Of a DNA stretch of 45,233 nt, positions 35,612 through 44,008 are shown piece after piece. Below the pieces are notes generated by a model. The model had not been told where the DNA came from, searched no databases, and was given only the letters and a program-made list of their open reading frames with translations. Positions within the stretch are counted from its first letter, which is position 1; every line of letters begins with the position of its first letter. This DNA comes from Escherichia phage vB_EcoM_SHAK7693. The DNA is taken from sequence record OR594180; one strand, 5' to 3'. The position numbers and the translations under genes were made by a program.

Positions 35612-37875
35612 TCCAAATCCTCCTCTGTCACTGTCAGCATTTCATTCGGTTCGTATATTGTCTTCGGAATCTTGTTATCCGTTATTCGGGTGTTCAACCT
35701 GTAACGGCCAGGTATTATCTGATTGTTTTCGTCGGTCCCTGGCACAAGATACCCCGCCTCAACCATTTTCTTAATCTTCCCGCGTTCTATAGCTTCTTTG
35801 GAGTTAAACGCCTTCGCGTTGGGGTCAGACTGTGCGAGCTTATTTGCCGCGGCTACTGTGATACCCTCGTTGCCGTTGTAGGTTCCTTCTGCCAGTTCAA
35901 ACGCCGCGAGTATCGTGGACTCGGAACTGTTGACGGCGTTCTCTACGGTTTTACGTACGTTTTGTTTACCTTCGTTAGTTAACCTTTCTTCCCGCTCTTT
36001 CTCCTCGTCAGTCTTGAACGGCTCGAAACCCCACGGCATCAGCACAAGCGCCTTGTGCGGCTCAGGAAGGTCGAGGTTTATGATTGTGCCGTATTCCTCT
36101 GTGCTACCGAGGAACTCAACCGCACGGTACTCTTTCGGCGGTGGTGCTTCACGGAACTGTACTGACTCAAGCACCATTCCAACCGTTTTCTGTTGGGGGC
36201 CGTGCTTAAATTTAGAGTGGTATACGTTTATCTGACGGTCGGTAGCGCGCTCAATTGTCAGTTCTACGTCAACACCGGCATACAGCGCCCCACTGCCACG
36301 GGCTTTCTTTCCACCCTTCGGCGTATGGTGGACAGCACCCACCGCGGCTTTAGTCGCGTCGCGTACTTCTTTCAGGATGGCGATAACTTTACCCATGCCG
36401 ATTGCCGTTGATGAACTGTTCTCGTCGAACTTATCAATCGTCAGGGCCAGCGTCTGGTTAAGGGTGTCGAACGCGACCATTCCGATAGGTTCACCCCCAG
36501 CAGTTTCGCGCATTAACTTAATCAGGTTTTTCAGTTTTCCGACTTCGCCCATGTCGATAACATGTACATAATCTTTACCTTCCGCGCCGTATTTAGCGGC
36601 TAGAGCATCAATACGTGTTCGCGTAGCTGCACCACCTTCACCATCAATATAGAAATGGTGGCAACGCTGGGTATCAGCCCCGGCAAACCGGTATCCGGCG
36701 GCGCTCAGGTACATCATCCCCAGCGTATAGAACGATTTATACGTACCGGACTCACCGACAATATCCCATATGCAATCCGACGGCATATAACCTTCAACGA
36801 CGAAATCAGCCTTTACCGGTTCCGGTAGCTCGTCCTCCTCTGAGCCATCATCGTCTTCCAGGTCGTCCAGGCTGCATGAAACAGATTCACGCGCACCCCA
36901 TCCGATAGCCTCGGCGACTTCACTGAACGGCAGCCCGGTCGCATCACACGCATACTTCCACACCTCTTTCGGCGACATGCCTTCGGTTGCCGTAATGTCA
37001 GTGTCGTGGATCATGGTTACGTTCGGCGCTTCGTAGCCCTCGCGCGGGAAGCACAGCAGGAAGTCGTCCGGCCGCGGCGTAGGGTCGCTGTAATTTTCTG
37101 CATGTTCCGGCGTAGCTGGCATCTTAAGGCCGCGGAGCGTCATAACACCGCCGTACTCAAACGCCAGCGCCTCAAACGCATCAGTAAACGCGGTACGCAG
37201 TTCTTCCGGTATCTGGTAATCCGATGCGCTGCTAACGTCAACGGCGGGGATACCTTCCAGTAACTCGTCCGGGTCAATCAGGTCGTTGCGGCGCGACCAG
37301 ATAACCGTAGAGCCAACCGGCGGCAGGTACATCGGTTGTGACAGAGTAAACCCGCTGCGGTCAGCGCCCATGCCTTTGAAGAAGTGCTCAAGCAAGCCAT
37401 GACGAACACGGATGATGTCACCACCCTCAACAGGACGGGCCATCGGCATGACGACGCGAAAGCGTGGTGACTCATCGGTATGGGATGCCGTGGTGTAGAG
37501 GCACATAGCCAGGCGGCTGCGCTTAACCAGGCGCACAGCTTCCTGATACTCTTCCGGTGTTGCGCTGTCGAAGTCCAGATAGGCGAGCGACGATTTGCTT
37601 ACAGACGCGTCGCAGCGATAGAAGAAGCCTTTACGCGCTTGCTTAAAGTCACCGGTTTCCGGGTCTTTTACGGCGCTGTGCGTAGAGTCGCACGCGGCAG
37701 TGATATAGCCAGGCGCGGTCTTCGGGTTAATTCCGTCACGAACAACATCGAGTGGCTGGATTAACTCTTTCAGGTCGTCCAGTGTTGCCGTGTGGGTGGT
37801 TCTGACGTTTATATCCTTTTTCTCTGCCCGCGCGTTGCGACGAGACCACGAGTAGGATAAAATTACATCGGACAT
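35608..37875 (-). CDS. putative primase/helicase (RecA-like ATPase)
   Basis: Walker A GESGTYKS in central domain; 755 aa; large N-terminal domain. Confidence 0.55.
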   Translation of the reverse strand: MSDVILSYSWSRRNARAEKKDINVRTTHTATLDDLKELIQPLDVVRDGINPKTAPGYITAACDSTHSAVKDPETGDFKQARKGFFYRCDASVSKSSLAYLDFDSATPEEYQEAVRLVKRSRLAMCLYTTASHTDESPRFRVVMPMARPVEGGDIIRVRHGLLEHFFKGMGADRSGFTLSQPMYLPPVGSTVIWSRRNDLIDPDELLEGIPAVDVSSASDYQIPEELRTAFTDAFEALAFEYGGVMTLRGLKMPATPEHAENYSDPTPRPDDFLLCFPREGYEAPNVTMIHDTDITATEGMSPKEVWKYACDATGLPFSEVAEAIGWGARESVSCSLDDLEDDDGSEEDELPEPVKADFVVEGYMPSDCIWDIVGESGTYKSFYTLGMMYLSAAGYRFAGADTQRCHHFYIDGEGGAATRTRIDALAAKYGAEGKDYVHVIDMGEVGKLKNLIKLMRETAGGEPIGMVAFDTLNQTLALTIDKFDENSSSTAIGMGKVIAILKEVRDATKAAVGAVHHTPKGGKKARGSGALYAGVDVELTIERATDRQINVYHSKFKHGPQQKTVGMVLESVQFREAPPPKEYRAVEFLGSTEEYGTIINLDLPEPHKALVLMPWGFEPFKTDEEKEREERLTNEGKQNVRKTVENAVNSSESTILAAFELAEGTYNGNEGITVAAANKLAQSDPNAKAFNSKEAIERGKIKKMVEAGYLVPGTDENNQIIPGRYRLNTRITDNKIPKTIYEPNEMLTVTEEDLE

Positions 37876-37932
37876 GTTGTATTTCCTTCAGCAAGTAATT
37901 TGGCCTCGGCGCTCTAACGTCGGGGCTTTCTT

Positions 37933-38166
37933 TTATTCCAGGTCTTCTAAAGTGGCGGCCATTCCGCGAACTTCAGCAACAGCGCTATATTTCCCACCAA
38001 CATTTTTCACGACACCGGATTTAACCAGTACCCTCAACGACCCTTCAATAATGGCTGAACTATAGTACTTAAAATAACTACGGCGCAAGTCCATAACGCT
38101 GCACGACCCTTTTTTGCGGGTTAACGAAACGACCGCCGTAAATACGCGTGACTGGAACTCGGTCAT
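37933..38166 (-). CDS. hypothetical protein (77 aa)
   Basis: ORF between regulator and primase/helicase. Confidence 0.45.
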   Translation of the reverse strand: MTEFQSRVFTAVVSLTRKKGSCSVMDLRRSYFKYYSSAIIEGSLRVLVKSGVVKNVGGKYSAVAEVRGMAATLEDLE

Positions 38167-38333
38167 TTAACGTTCTCCTTAATCCACGCTTCCACTTTCT
38201 CTGGGTCAAACGTACCCGGCTGCCGGCGGCCCATAATGCGGATACAACAATCCGGGAACTTCCCACTCTTTAACCAGTTATTAAGCGTGCGGCGAGTAAC
38301 CCCAATACGCTCAGCTACCTCATTCTGTGTCAT
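38163..38333 (-). CDS. AlpA-like HTH DNA-binding protein
   Basis: MTQNEVAERIGVTRRTLNNW helix-turn-helix; RBS GAGGG. Confidence 0.55.
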   Translation of the reverse strand: MTQNEVAERIGVTRRTLNNWLKSGKFPDCCIRIMGRRQPGTFDPEKVEAWIKENVK

Positions 38334-38365
38334 TCTCAAACCCTCATTATCAGTCAACGAAACCA

Positions 38366-38394
38366 AGTATACATTGCGAATAATGGGAAATCAA
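38366..38394 (-). promoter_or_regulatory. sigma70-like promoter (TTGATT-N17-TATACT) for minus-strand early operon
   Basis: Hexamers and spacing read from sequence. Confidence 0.4.
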
Positions 38395-38764
38395 ACATAA
38401 TCGCACCTATTGACATTATGGAAATCTTCGTTTAAGGTGCTTCTATATCTTAGTTACTTTTATTCCTGTTCACCTTGTAAGAATGTTTAACCCGTGCGTC
38501 AAGCAAAGGGTTAAACACAGGCTTACTGAACATTAGAATTATAGTAACTTTCCTTCCTAAGTATCTCCAGTTGCCTTGGGCAAGCTCTATTCTCATCGGC
38601 AGCATATATCTTAAGTATCTGATTTTCTTAAAGTGCCGTAGATTCGCAACCGTAAAAATGTAACGATTATTGGGCAGGCCTTAAGCCTGCCCTTTAGTTA
38701 CCAAGTAATAAGAATAAAGGCACAACCTTCCCCGAAGAATCACAACGGCAACGTAACTATTCTC

Positions 38765-38793
38765 TTGCACACCCCAATATAATAGGATACTAT
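38765..38793 (+). promoter_or_regulatory. class-A promoter (TTGCAC-N17-TACTATTCA)
   Basis: Conserved element; extra AACTATTC half-site about 20 bp upstream. Confidence 0.5.
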
Positions 38794-38827
38794 TCACTTA
38801 TCGGAACGAGACAGAGGAGTTGGGGTT

Positions 38828-39097
38828 ATGTTTAAGAAGGGTCAGTTGGTGAAAACGAAACGCGGTGGGCAGTACGTAATAGTGTTGCAGGACGAGAACG
38901 AGTATGACGAGGATAATATAGTCGACGTATGGGGCCTGGTAAGAAAGAAACCCGGGTTCGCCTTACGCGATAATCTGGAATTAATTGGCAACAATTTTAA
39001 ACTCAAAGGGGTATTCGATGGCGGACTGAAAACCTCATTCACAACGGCATCGAATCATGATGCTTGTGCCGACGACTCTGAGGGAGGTTGCCGTTAA
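38828..39097 (+). CDS. hypothetical protein (89 aa)
   Basis: RBS GAGGAG; first gene after class-A promoter. Confidence 0.45.
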   Translation: MFKKGQLVKTKRGGQYVIVLQDENEYDEDNIVDVWGLVRKKPGFALRDNLELIGNNFKLKGVFDGGLKTSFTTASNHDACADDSEGGCR

Positions 39098-39288
39098 TGA
39101 AAATACGTATAACTGATGTTGATTATATGAGCCCGCGCGATGGTGACTATTTGCCGCTTAGTTACTGGGGTGTTGTCGTAGGGGATGAATTTAATGTCAC
39201 CCACGCCTATCCCGATATGTTCATTATCAAATGCGACGCTGAGTATGTAGTTGTGTACCCAAGTGAGTGTGAGGTTCTGGAGGACTAA
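39097..39288 (+). CDS. hypothetical protein (63 aa)
   Basis: RBS GAGGGAGG before ATG 39097. Confidence 0.4.
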   Translation: MKIRITDVDYMSPRDGDYLPLSYWGVVVGDEFNVTHAYPDMFIIKCDAEYVVVYPSECEVLED

Positions 39289-39291
39289 GTT

Positions 39292-39447
39292 ATGAGAGAA
39301 GCATTCGAACGGTGGGCCGTCGTCGAGGGTCTGCCCGTTAATAAGGGTTCGAAGAAAGAGTACCTGAACGTTAAGACGCGTCTCGCGTGGCGGGCGTGGA
39401 AAGCTGGTGTGTTGTCTGTTGTGTTGTCTGTTGCGAATCCGAGGTGA
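39292..39447 (+). CDS. hypothetical small protein (51 aa) containing 12-bp tandem duplication
   Basis: Hand-translated; GTGTTGTCTGTT x2 encodes VLSVVLSV. Confidence 0.35.
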   Translation: MREAFERWAVVEGLPVNKGSKKEYLNVKTRLAWRAWKAGVLSVVLSVANPR

Positions 39448-39450
39448 GAT

Positions 39451-39651
39451 ATGGGTAAGTGGATTAAGTGTAGTGGGATGCTGCCGGGCAATGGGTATAC
39501 GGATAAGGAGTTCCTGGTGTATGAAACGTTGAATAACGCAGTGCAGCACGATTATTACATCGTCCCTGATGATGTGAGAAAGCCTTTCTGGAATCACTAC
39601 GATAAGTTTGTTACCCACTGGGTGCCGTTACCCGAGCCGCCGGAAGTGTGA
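39451..39651 (+). CDS. DUF551-like protein
   Basis: C-terminal VTHWVPLPEPP motif. Confidence 0.45.
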   Translation: MGKWIKCSGMLPGNGYTDKEFLVYETLNNAVQHDYYIVPDDVRKPFWNHYDKFVTHWVPLPEPPEV

Positions 39652-39692
39652 TGTTATATTGTAACAATAGTTTGGGATTTTACTGAGTGACT

Positions 39693-39730
39693 TACGCTGC
39701 TACACAGCAGCGTATCATTTTTCTCATTTT
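39693..39730 (+). terminator. rho-independent terminator
   Basis: TACGCTGCT-ACAC-AGCAGCGTA then T-rich run. Confidence 0.55.
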
Positions 39731-39807
39731 TGTTCTATTTCACCAAACGCAACAATCGAAGCGACTATTGCAGGAGATGCAACAATACAAACACCAATAA
39801 AATTTAC

Positions 39808-39836
39808 TTGCACACTGGGATAGAATAGGCTACTAT
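39808..39836 (+). promoter_or_regulatory. class-A promoter (TTGCAC-N17-TACTATTCA)
   Basis: Conserved element. Confidence 0.5.
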
Positions 39837-39969
39837 TCATTTACACGAACGAGGGGGGAGACGGAATATGATTCCTGGGCATTAGGCGAACTGGTAGATG
39901 CTTACGAAATAATGGGTAGCACTTCGGTGCGCGACGGTGACACTAAAGCGATAAAAATGGGGGTTGAGG

Positions 39970-40416
39970 ATGAGTAACAAAAACGAGGTATTCGAGTACC
40001 TGATTGGCCAGTTACGGCAGCAGGTAAATGGCAACCAGTGCGAAGACCTGGCGCACGAGGTGTTGTCACTCAAGAATCAGTTACGTGATGCGTCAGAACA
40101 TATTAAGGAGTTGCATAAGGCGTTGGCTACAGCTACAGGTGACGTAGGCGCTTATATAGCAGCAGAGCAATCTGGTTGCCGTAAGGAAGATACTCAGTAC
40201 AACGCCTGGAGGCCTCATTATGGTGCACGACAACCTGTGCCGGATGGGACTATGGTATTTATCCGGTATCGCAACGGGGAGGAGCCGAAACACAGTGTAG
40301 CAGCAGAAAAGCGGTCGTGGATTTGGGATGGAACATACGCAGACATAGTGGAATACAAGATTGACACACAGGAATGCGAACACGAGTGGTATTGGTATAA
40401 CAGGTGGGTTAAATAA
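39970..40416 (+). CDS. hypothetical protein, paralog family member 1
   Basis: Shares CRKEDTQ and TQECEHEW motifs with 40879-41238. Confidence 0.45.
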   Translation: MSNKNEVFEYLIGQLRQQVNGNQCEDLAHEVLSLKNQLRDASEHIKELHKALATATGDVGAYIAAEQSGCRKEDTQYNAWRPHYGARQPVPDGTMVFIRYRNGEEPKHSVAAEKRSWIWDGTYADIVEYKIDTQECEHEWYWYNRWVK

Positions 40417-40617
40417 ATGACCTCACTACTTTTCATCTGGGCACTGACCGCGGGCCAGTTACAGCTAGCGGCAACAGAAACGTTTTACTCACTGGAGGCG
40501 TGCCAGGCTGCGGCACGCAACGCAGAGAACGCGCACTTCCTGTTTCAGGATAAGCCGATTGATACTGAGGTGCGCGCGACATGTTCAACGAAACGATTAG
40601 CTAAGCAGGAGAAATAA
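40417..40617 (+). CDS. small protein with N-terminal hydrophobic signal-like segment
   Basis: MTSLLFIWALTAGQLQLAA hydrophobic N-terminus. Confidence 0.4.
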   Translation: MTSLLFIWALTAGQLQLAATETFYSLEACQAAARNAENAHFLFQDKPIDTEVRATCSTKRLAKQEK

Positions 40618-40618
40618 G

Positions 40619-40882
40619 ATGGTACAGAGATACGAGATAATAAGATGGGGTCTGCCGGAGATGGCTAAGTACCCATACGGTGACTACGTTGAGTATGATA
40701 GCTATAAGGAACTGGAAGACAGTTTCCAGGACTACATAACGACTACGGACATGGAAATAGAAGGGCTTGCGGCGAGACTGGCGGAAGTAAACGCCGAGTT
40801 ACAGAAATACAAAGACCAGTTCCCGGATTACGTCGAGTGCGCGAACTGTGGGTCAGTTACTCATGTGGAAGGGGTGGAATGA
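40619..40882 (+). CDS. hypothetical protein, paralog family member 2
   Basis: MVQRYE N-terminus and ELQKYKDQ motif shared with member 3. Confidence 0.45.
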   Translation: MVQRYEIIRWGLPEMAKYPYGDYVEYDSYKELEDSFQDYITTTDMEIEGLAARLAEVNAELQKYKDQFPDYVECANCGSVTHVEGVE

Positions 40883-41238
40883 TGGTACAGAAATACGAGG
40901 TTCGCGGTACCGAATTAGGTGGCGATGCATTCTACGAAGATTGGGTTGAGGTAGTTCGCTACGAAGATTACGCGAAACTCGAAGCCGAGCTACAGAAATA
41001 TAAAGACCAGTTACGCGATTCTTCGGTACAGATTAAGGAGATGCAGAAAGATATAGATGAGTTGCAGCGAGAGGTGCAACATAAGACCGAAGCACTAGAC
41101 TACCTTTACGCAAACCAGGTATCGCCAGGGCAATCCGTTTGCCGTAAAAACGATACCCAGGAATGTGCGCACGAGTGGAGTAGGTACATTGTACACCCCT
41201 ATAGAAAGATATGCTTGGTATGCGGAGTGAAGGAGTGA
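40879..41238 (+). CDS. hypothetical protein, paralog family member 3
   Basis: MVQKYE, ELQKYKDQ, CRKNDTQECAHEW; C-terminal CxxC. Confidence 0.45.
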   Translation: MMVQKYEVRGTELGGDAFYEDWVEVVRYEDYAKLEAELQKYKDQLRDSSVQIKEMQKDIDELQREVQHKTEALDYLYANQVSPGQSVCRKNDTQECAHEWSRYIVHPYRKICLVCGVKE

Positions 41239-41402
41239 CGTTAGCAACTGACATCCTGAAACACAGCGGCAAAGCGCCGCTGTCACCACGTAAAAGACAT
41301 TTCAACACGCATCCGACGTATCTTGAATTGCATGAGTGCCGGAAGACACCCGCACAACGACTGGCTGAATATTGGAGAAAGCATGACTACTATCGCATTT
41401 GA
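41235..41402 (+). CDS. hypothetical small protein (55 aa)
   Basis: GTG start with RBS GAAGGAG, GTGA overlap. Confidence 0.3.
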   Translation: MTLATDILKHSGKAPLSPRKRHFNTHPTYLELHECRKTPAQRLAEYWRKHDYYRI

Positions 41403-41823
41403 CGGTAAGACTATGGCCTGTGATACCCGGGTTACGTGCGGAAGCAGTTACTATAATACCGACACTAAGATATACGAGAATGATTTTTATATTATCGGAG
41501 TAGCCGGTGACGCGGGTGTCGGAACTATGCTCGTAGACTGCCCGTATATCCTCCAGGCCAGACATTATGACTTCGATTTCGAAGCCCTGGTGTTTGCTAA
41601 AGACACGCGGAAACTGTATAAAGTCGCGTTCTATAAATCGTGGGATTGCACTCTTAGTTCAGTTATCCTCGTCGCCGACAAATTCTCTGCCGTTGGGTCT
41701 GGTTCTCCGTACGCTCTGGCCGCCATGTATTTAGGTAATACCGCTACACACGCTGTTATGGTAGCGGCGGAGTTCGACACGAACACAGGCGGCAAGATTA
41801 TTACCAAACCATTATTCGGATAA
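41383..41823 (+). CDS. HslV/proteasome-like Ntn-hydrolase protease
   Basis: N-terminal M-TTI (Thr1 nucleophile after Met removal), conserved Lys ~33, GSGSPYALAA motif; alignment to E. coli HslV done by eye from memory. Confidence 0.6.
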   Translation: MTTIAFDGKTMACDTRVTCGSSYYNTDTKIYENDFYIIGVAGDAGVGTMLVDCPYILQARHYDFDFEALVFAKDTRKLYKVAFYKSWDCTLSSVILVADKFSAVGSGSPYALAAMYLGNTATHAVMVAAEFDTNTGGKIITKPLFG

Positions 41824-41839
41824 TTCCTAACCGTGGTAT

Positions 41840-41875
41840 CCTCCAGGTACAGCATACTAAATATGCACCTGGAGG
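41840..41875 (+). promoter_or_regulatory. hairpin sequestering the holin ribosome-binding site
   Basis: Perfect 9-bp inverted repeat CCTCCAGGT...ACCTGGAGG; right arm contains the GGAGG upstream of TTG start. Confidence 0.5.
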
Positions 41876-41882
41876 ATTCATC

Positions 41883-42191
41883 TTGGATAAATTTACTGAA
41901 ACTGTGACAGGCTGGCTTCTGGCTGCCGCACTAGCTGGCGGGGTAATAGGCCTACGGCAACACAAAGCCACTATTACTGGTCCTGTCGATGCTCTCTGTT
42001 TTCTCGCCACTGGATTTGCGTGCGCCGTATTCGGTGCACCTCTTGCCGCTCAATGGTTCGGTATCGCAGGTGAACGCGAAATAGCAGGCCTTGGGTTCAT
42101 CATTGCTATTCTCTGGATGCCCATCTATTCCCGCCTCTCCGGTATCGTCGCCGGAGAATATATCGCACGTCGAGGAGGCACAGATGAATGA
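41883..42191 (+). CDS. holin-like membrane protein
   Basis: Several hydrophobic helices; directly upstream of lysozyme; TTG start. Confidence 0.5.
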   Translation: MDKFTETVTGWLLAAALAGGVIGLRQHKATITGPVDALCFLATGFACAVFGAPLAAQWFGIAGEREIAGLGFIIAILWMPIYSRLSGIVAGEYIARRGGTDE

Positions 42192-42456
42192 GTTATTCTG
42201 GTTCGGTGGTATGCTGGCAATCGGAGGCGCATCGCTGTTTAATGTGTATCACCCCCGCGTGGACGACGGACTATTTGGCCGGGTGCTCTATATCCTGACT
42301 GCTATTGTCTGCGCCGCCGGAGGCATTCACCTGTTACAGGGCAGCATGTCGCCCACGTTGCCTGAGACCTTAATCACATTAGTTGCGCTGCGTCAGATTC
42401 GTCAGGCGTGGCTATCATATGGAGGATATAAGCGTGTCTCGAAACATTTCCGATAA
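42184..42456 (+). CDS. second lysis-cassette membrane protein (holin/antiholin-like)
   Basis: Two hydrophobic helices; RBS GGAGG; overlaps holin stop. Confidence 0.45.
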   Translation: MNELFWFGGMLAIGGASLFNVYHPRVDDGLFGRVLYILTAIVCAAGGIHLLQGSMSPTLPETLITLVALRQIRQAWLSYGGYKRVSKHFR

Positions 42457-42953
42457 TGGCTTACATTTCTGCGCCGCGTTCGAGGGATTCCGCGGAATTG
42501 CGTATCGTGCTACGCCGAATGAGAAGTACCTGACTATTGGGTACGGTCACTATGGGCCGGACGTAACACCAGGTAAGACCATCACCCCTGGCCAAGGCCT
42601 CCTGTTACTGAATCGCGATAGGCCAAGGCCTCCTGTTACTGAATCGCGATATGGCTAAGGCCGTAGCTGCGGTTGATGCAGCAGCACACCATTCGCTGAC
42701 ACAGGCGCAGTTCGACGCCGTGTGTGACCTGGTCTATAACGCCGGTGCAGGTGTGATTGCAGCTACTACTGGCACGGGTAAGGCGCTGCGTTCCGGTGAT
42801 GTTGCGACGCTACGGGCTAAACTGGCGCTGTTTATCAACCAGAACGGCAAACCGCTACTCGGCTTGCGCCGTCGTACAGCGGGTCGTCTGGCGCTGTACG
42901 ACGGTAAACCATGGCGGGAGGCAGAGGCTATTGGGCGCGCGGTGAAAGGTTGA
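42419..42953 (+). pseudogene. endolysin (GH24 lysozyme) interrupted by a 31-bp tandem duplication
   Basis: N-terminal ORF has EG..AY...TIGYGH; C-terminal ORF has QFDAV..L.YN.G lysozyme motifs; frames differ by +1 at duplication. Confidence 0.7.
42590..42651. repeat. perfect 31-bp tandem direct duplication
   Basis: GGCCAAGGCCTCCTGTTACTGAATCGCGATA at 42590-42620 and again at 42621-42651. Confidence 0.9.
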
Positions 42954-43017
42954 CACCTAAGACTAATCCGACGATACTTAAATCACCTCCTGTTCCCTCC
43001 CTCTGCTCTCCAGTTTT

Positions 43018-43052
43018 CTCCCGGCCCTGACCCAGCCGGGATTTTTTTTTAT
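43018..43052 (+). terminator. rho-independent terminator after lysis cassette
   Basis: CCGGC...GCCGGG stem followed by T9. Confidence 0.6.
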
Positions 43053-43072
43053 CTATTTTCTGTAATGACTAG

Positions 43073-43101
43073 TTGACTATTATCCTGGACCCTATTATAT
43101 T
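43073..43101 (+). promoter_or_regulatory. sigma70-like promoter (TTGACT-N17-TATATT)
   Basis: Near-consensus hexamers with 17-bp spacer. Confidence 0.5.
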
Positions 43102-43133
43102 TACTTCATCGACAACGAGAACGGAGTAGAGAA

Positions 43134-43283
43134 ATGAAAATCACAGATATCGATGCATTCGAAGACGCACAACTGATGGCACGTATCGCTGTTAGTAACC
43201 TGAGCTGCAATATCCCGGCGGATGCGTTCTGGTCCGCTGCGATGCAGACCCTTAAAGCAGCTTATGCAGGAGAGAAGAAATGA
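43134..43283 (+). CDS. hypothetical small protein (49 aa)
   Basis: RBS GGAG; first of a chain of overlapping small ORFs. Confidence 0.35.
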   Translation: MKITDIDAFEDAQLMARIAVSNLSCNIPADAFWSAAMQTLKAAYAGEKK

Positions 43284-43435
43284 GTGAACAAGGTCAAGTA
43301 AGCCCGCCATTACAAGTAGGCCGTAAAGTCAGTAACACCCCGTTTCCGACACGCGAGGAACTGATGAAACGTAACAGTTTCCCGGGGCCAGACAAGAACA
43401 AGTATCTCAATCGCATGTGGGGAGAGAAGAAATGA
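43280..43435 (+). CDS. hypothetical small protein (51 aa)
   Basis: ATGA overlap with previous ORF. Confidence 0.35.
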   Translation: MSEQGQVSPPLQVGRKVSNTPFPTREELMKRNSFPGPDKNKYLNRMWGEKK

Positions 43436-43605
43436 CTAACAACGAATACGAGAAAGCATGCGTAGAATCGGCGCTAGGTATGTACGCTATTGAAGAGTGT
43501 GACAAGACGATTGCCGAATTAGAAAAGGCGTTATATGTGGTACAGGAGCATCGTCGTGAACTGATCAACCGCTTCAACCTGAACAAAGGAGCCACTAATG
43601 CCTAA
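43432..43605 (+). CDS. hypothetical small protein (57 aa)
   Basis: ATGA overlap; track ORF 43417-43605. Confidence 0.4.
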   Translation: MTNNEYEKACVESALGMYAIEECDKTIAELEKALYVVQEHRRELINRFNLNKGATNA

Positions 43606-43837
43606 AATCACAATCTCATCACTTGAGCGCCGTATTCTGGTGCTTGAGTCGGAGAAACAGACGTTAGGCGGGCAACTGTCAATTAACGGTGAGTTTCAAC
43701 TGGAGGCGTTTAAGTTGTTACTTGATAAGTTGAAAGCGGACGAAAAGCCTTGTGAGCACGATTACTACATACGTGTTGTTGGCGGGTCACGACGTATCAC
43801 ATGCCTGAAATGCGGTAAAGCGTATGGGGACGCCTGA
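43598..43837 (+). CDS. hypothetical protein with C-terminal CxxC...CxxC zinc-ribbon-like motif
   Basis: CEHDYY...CLKCG. Confidence 0.4.
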   Translation: MPKITISSLERRILVLESEKQTLGGQLSINGEFQLEAFKLLLDKLKADEKPCEHDYYIRVVGGSRRITCLKCGKAYGDA

Positions 43838-44006
43838 ACCAGTAATTATCGATGGCGTCCTGTGGAAACCTTACTCGGTCAACCACATCGACGCCGACGG
43901 GAAGAAGTTCAGCTTCTACATTTTTGCAATCAGCCGAGAGCACGCCGCTTGTGTGGTTGACGATATAAGAGAAACGGCGTGGTTGGGCGACGAGATAGTG
44001 GGGTAA
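43824..44006 (+). CDS. hypothetical protein (60 aa)
   Basis: Overlaps neighbours; complete ORF. Confidence 0.4.
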   Translation: MGTPEPVIIDGVLWKPYSVNHIDADGKKFSFYIFAISREHAACVVDDIRETAWLGDEIVG

Positions 44007-44008
44007 AT

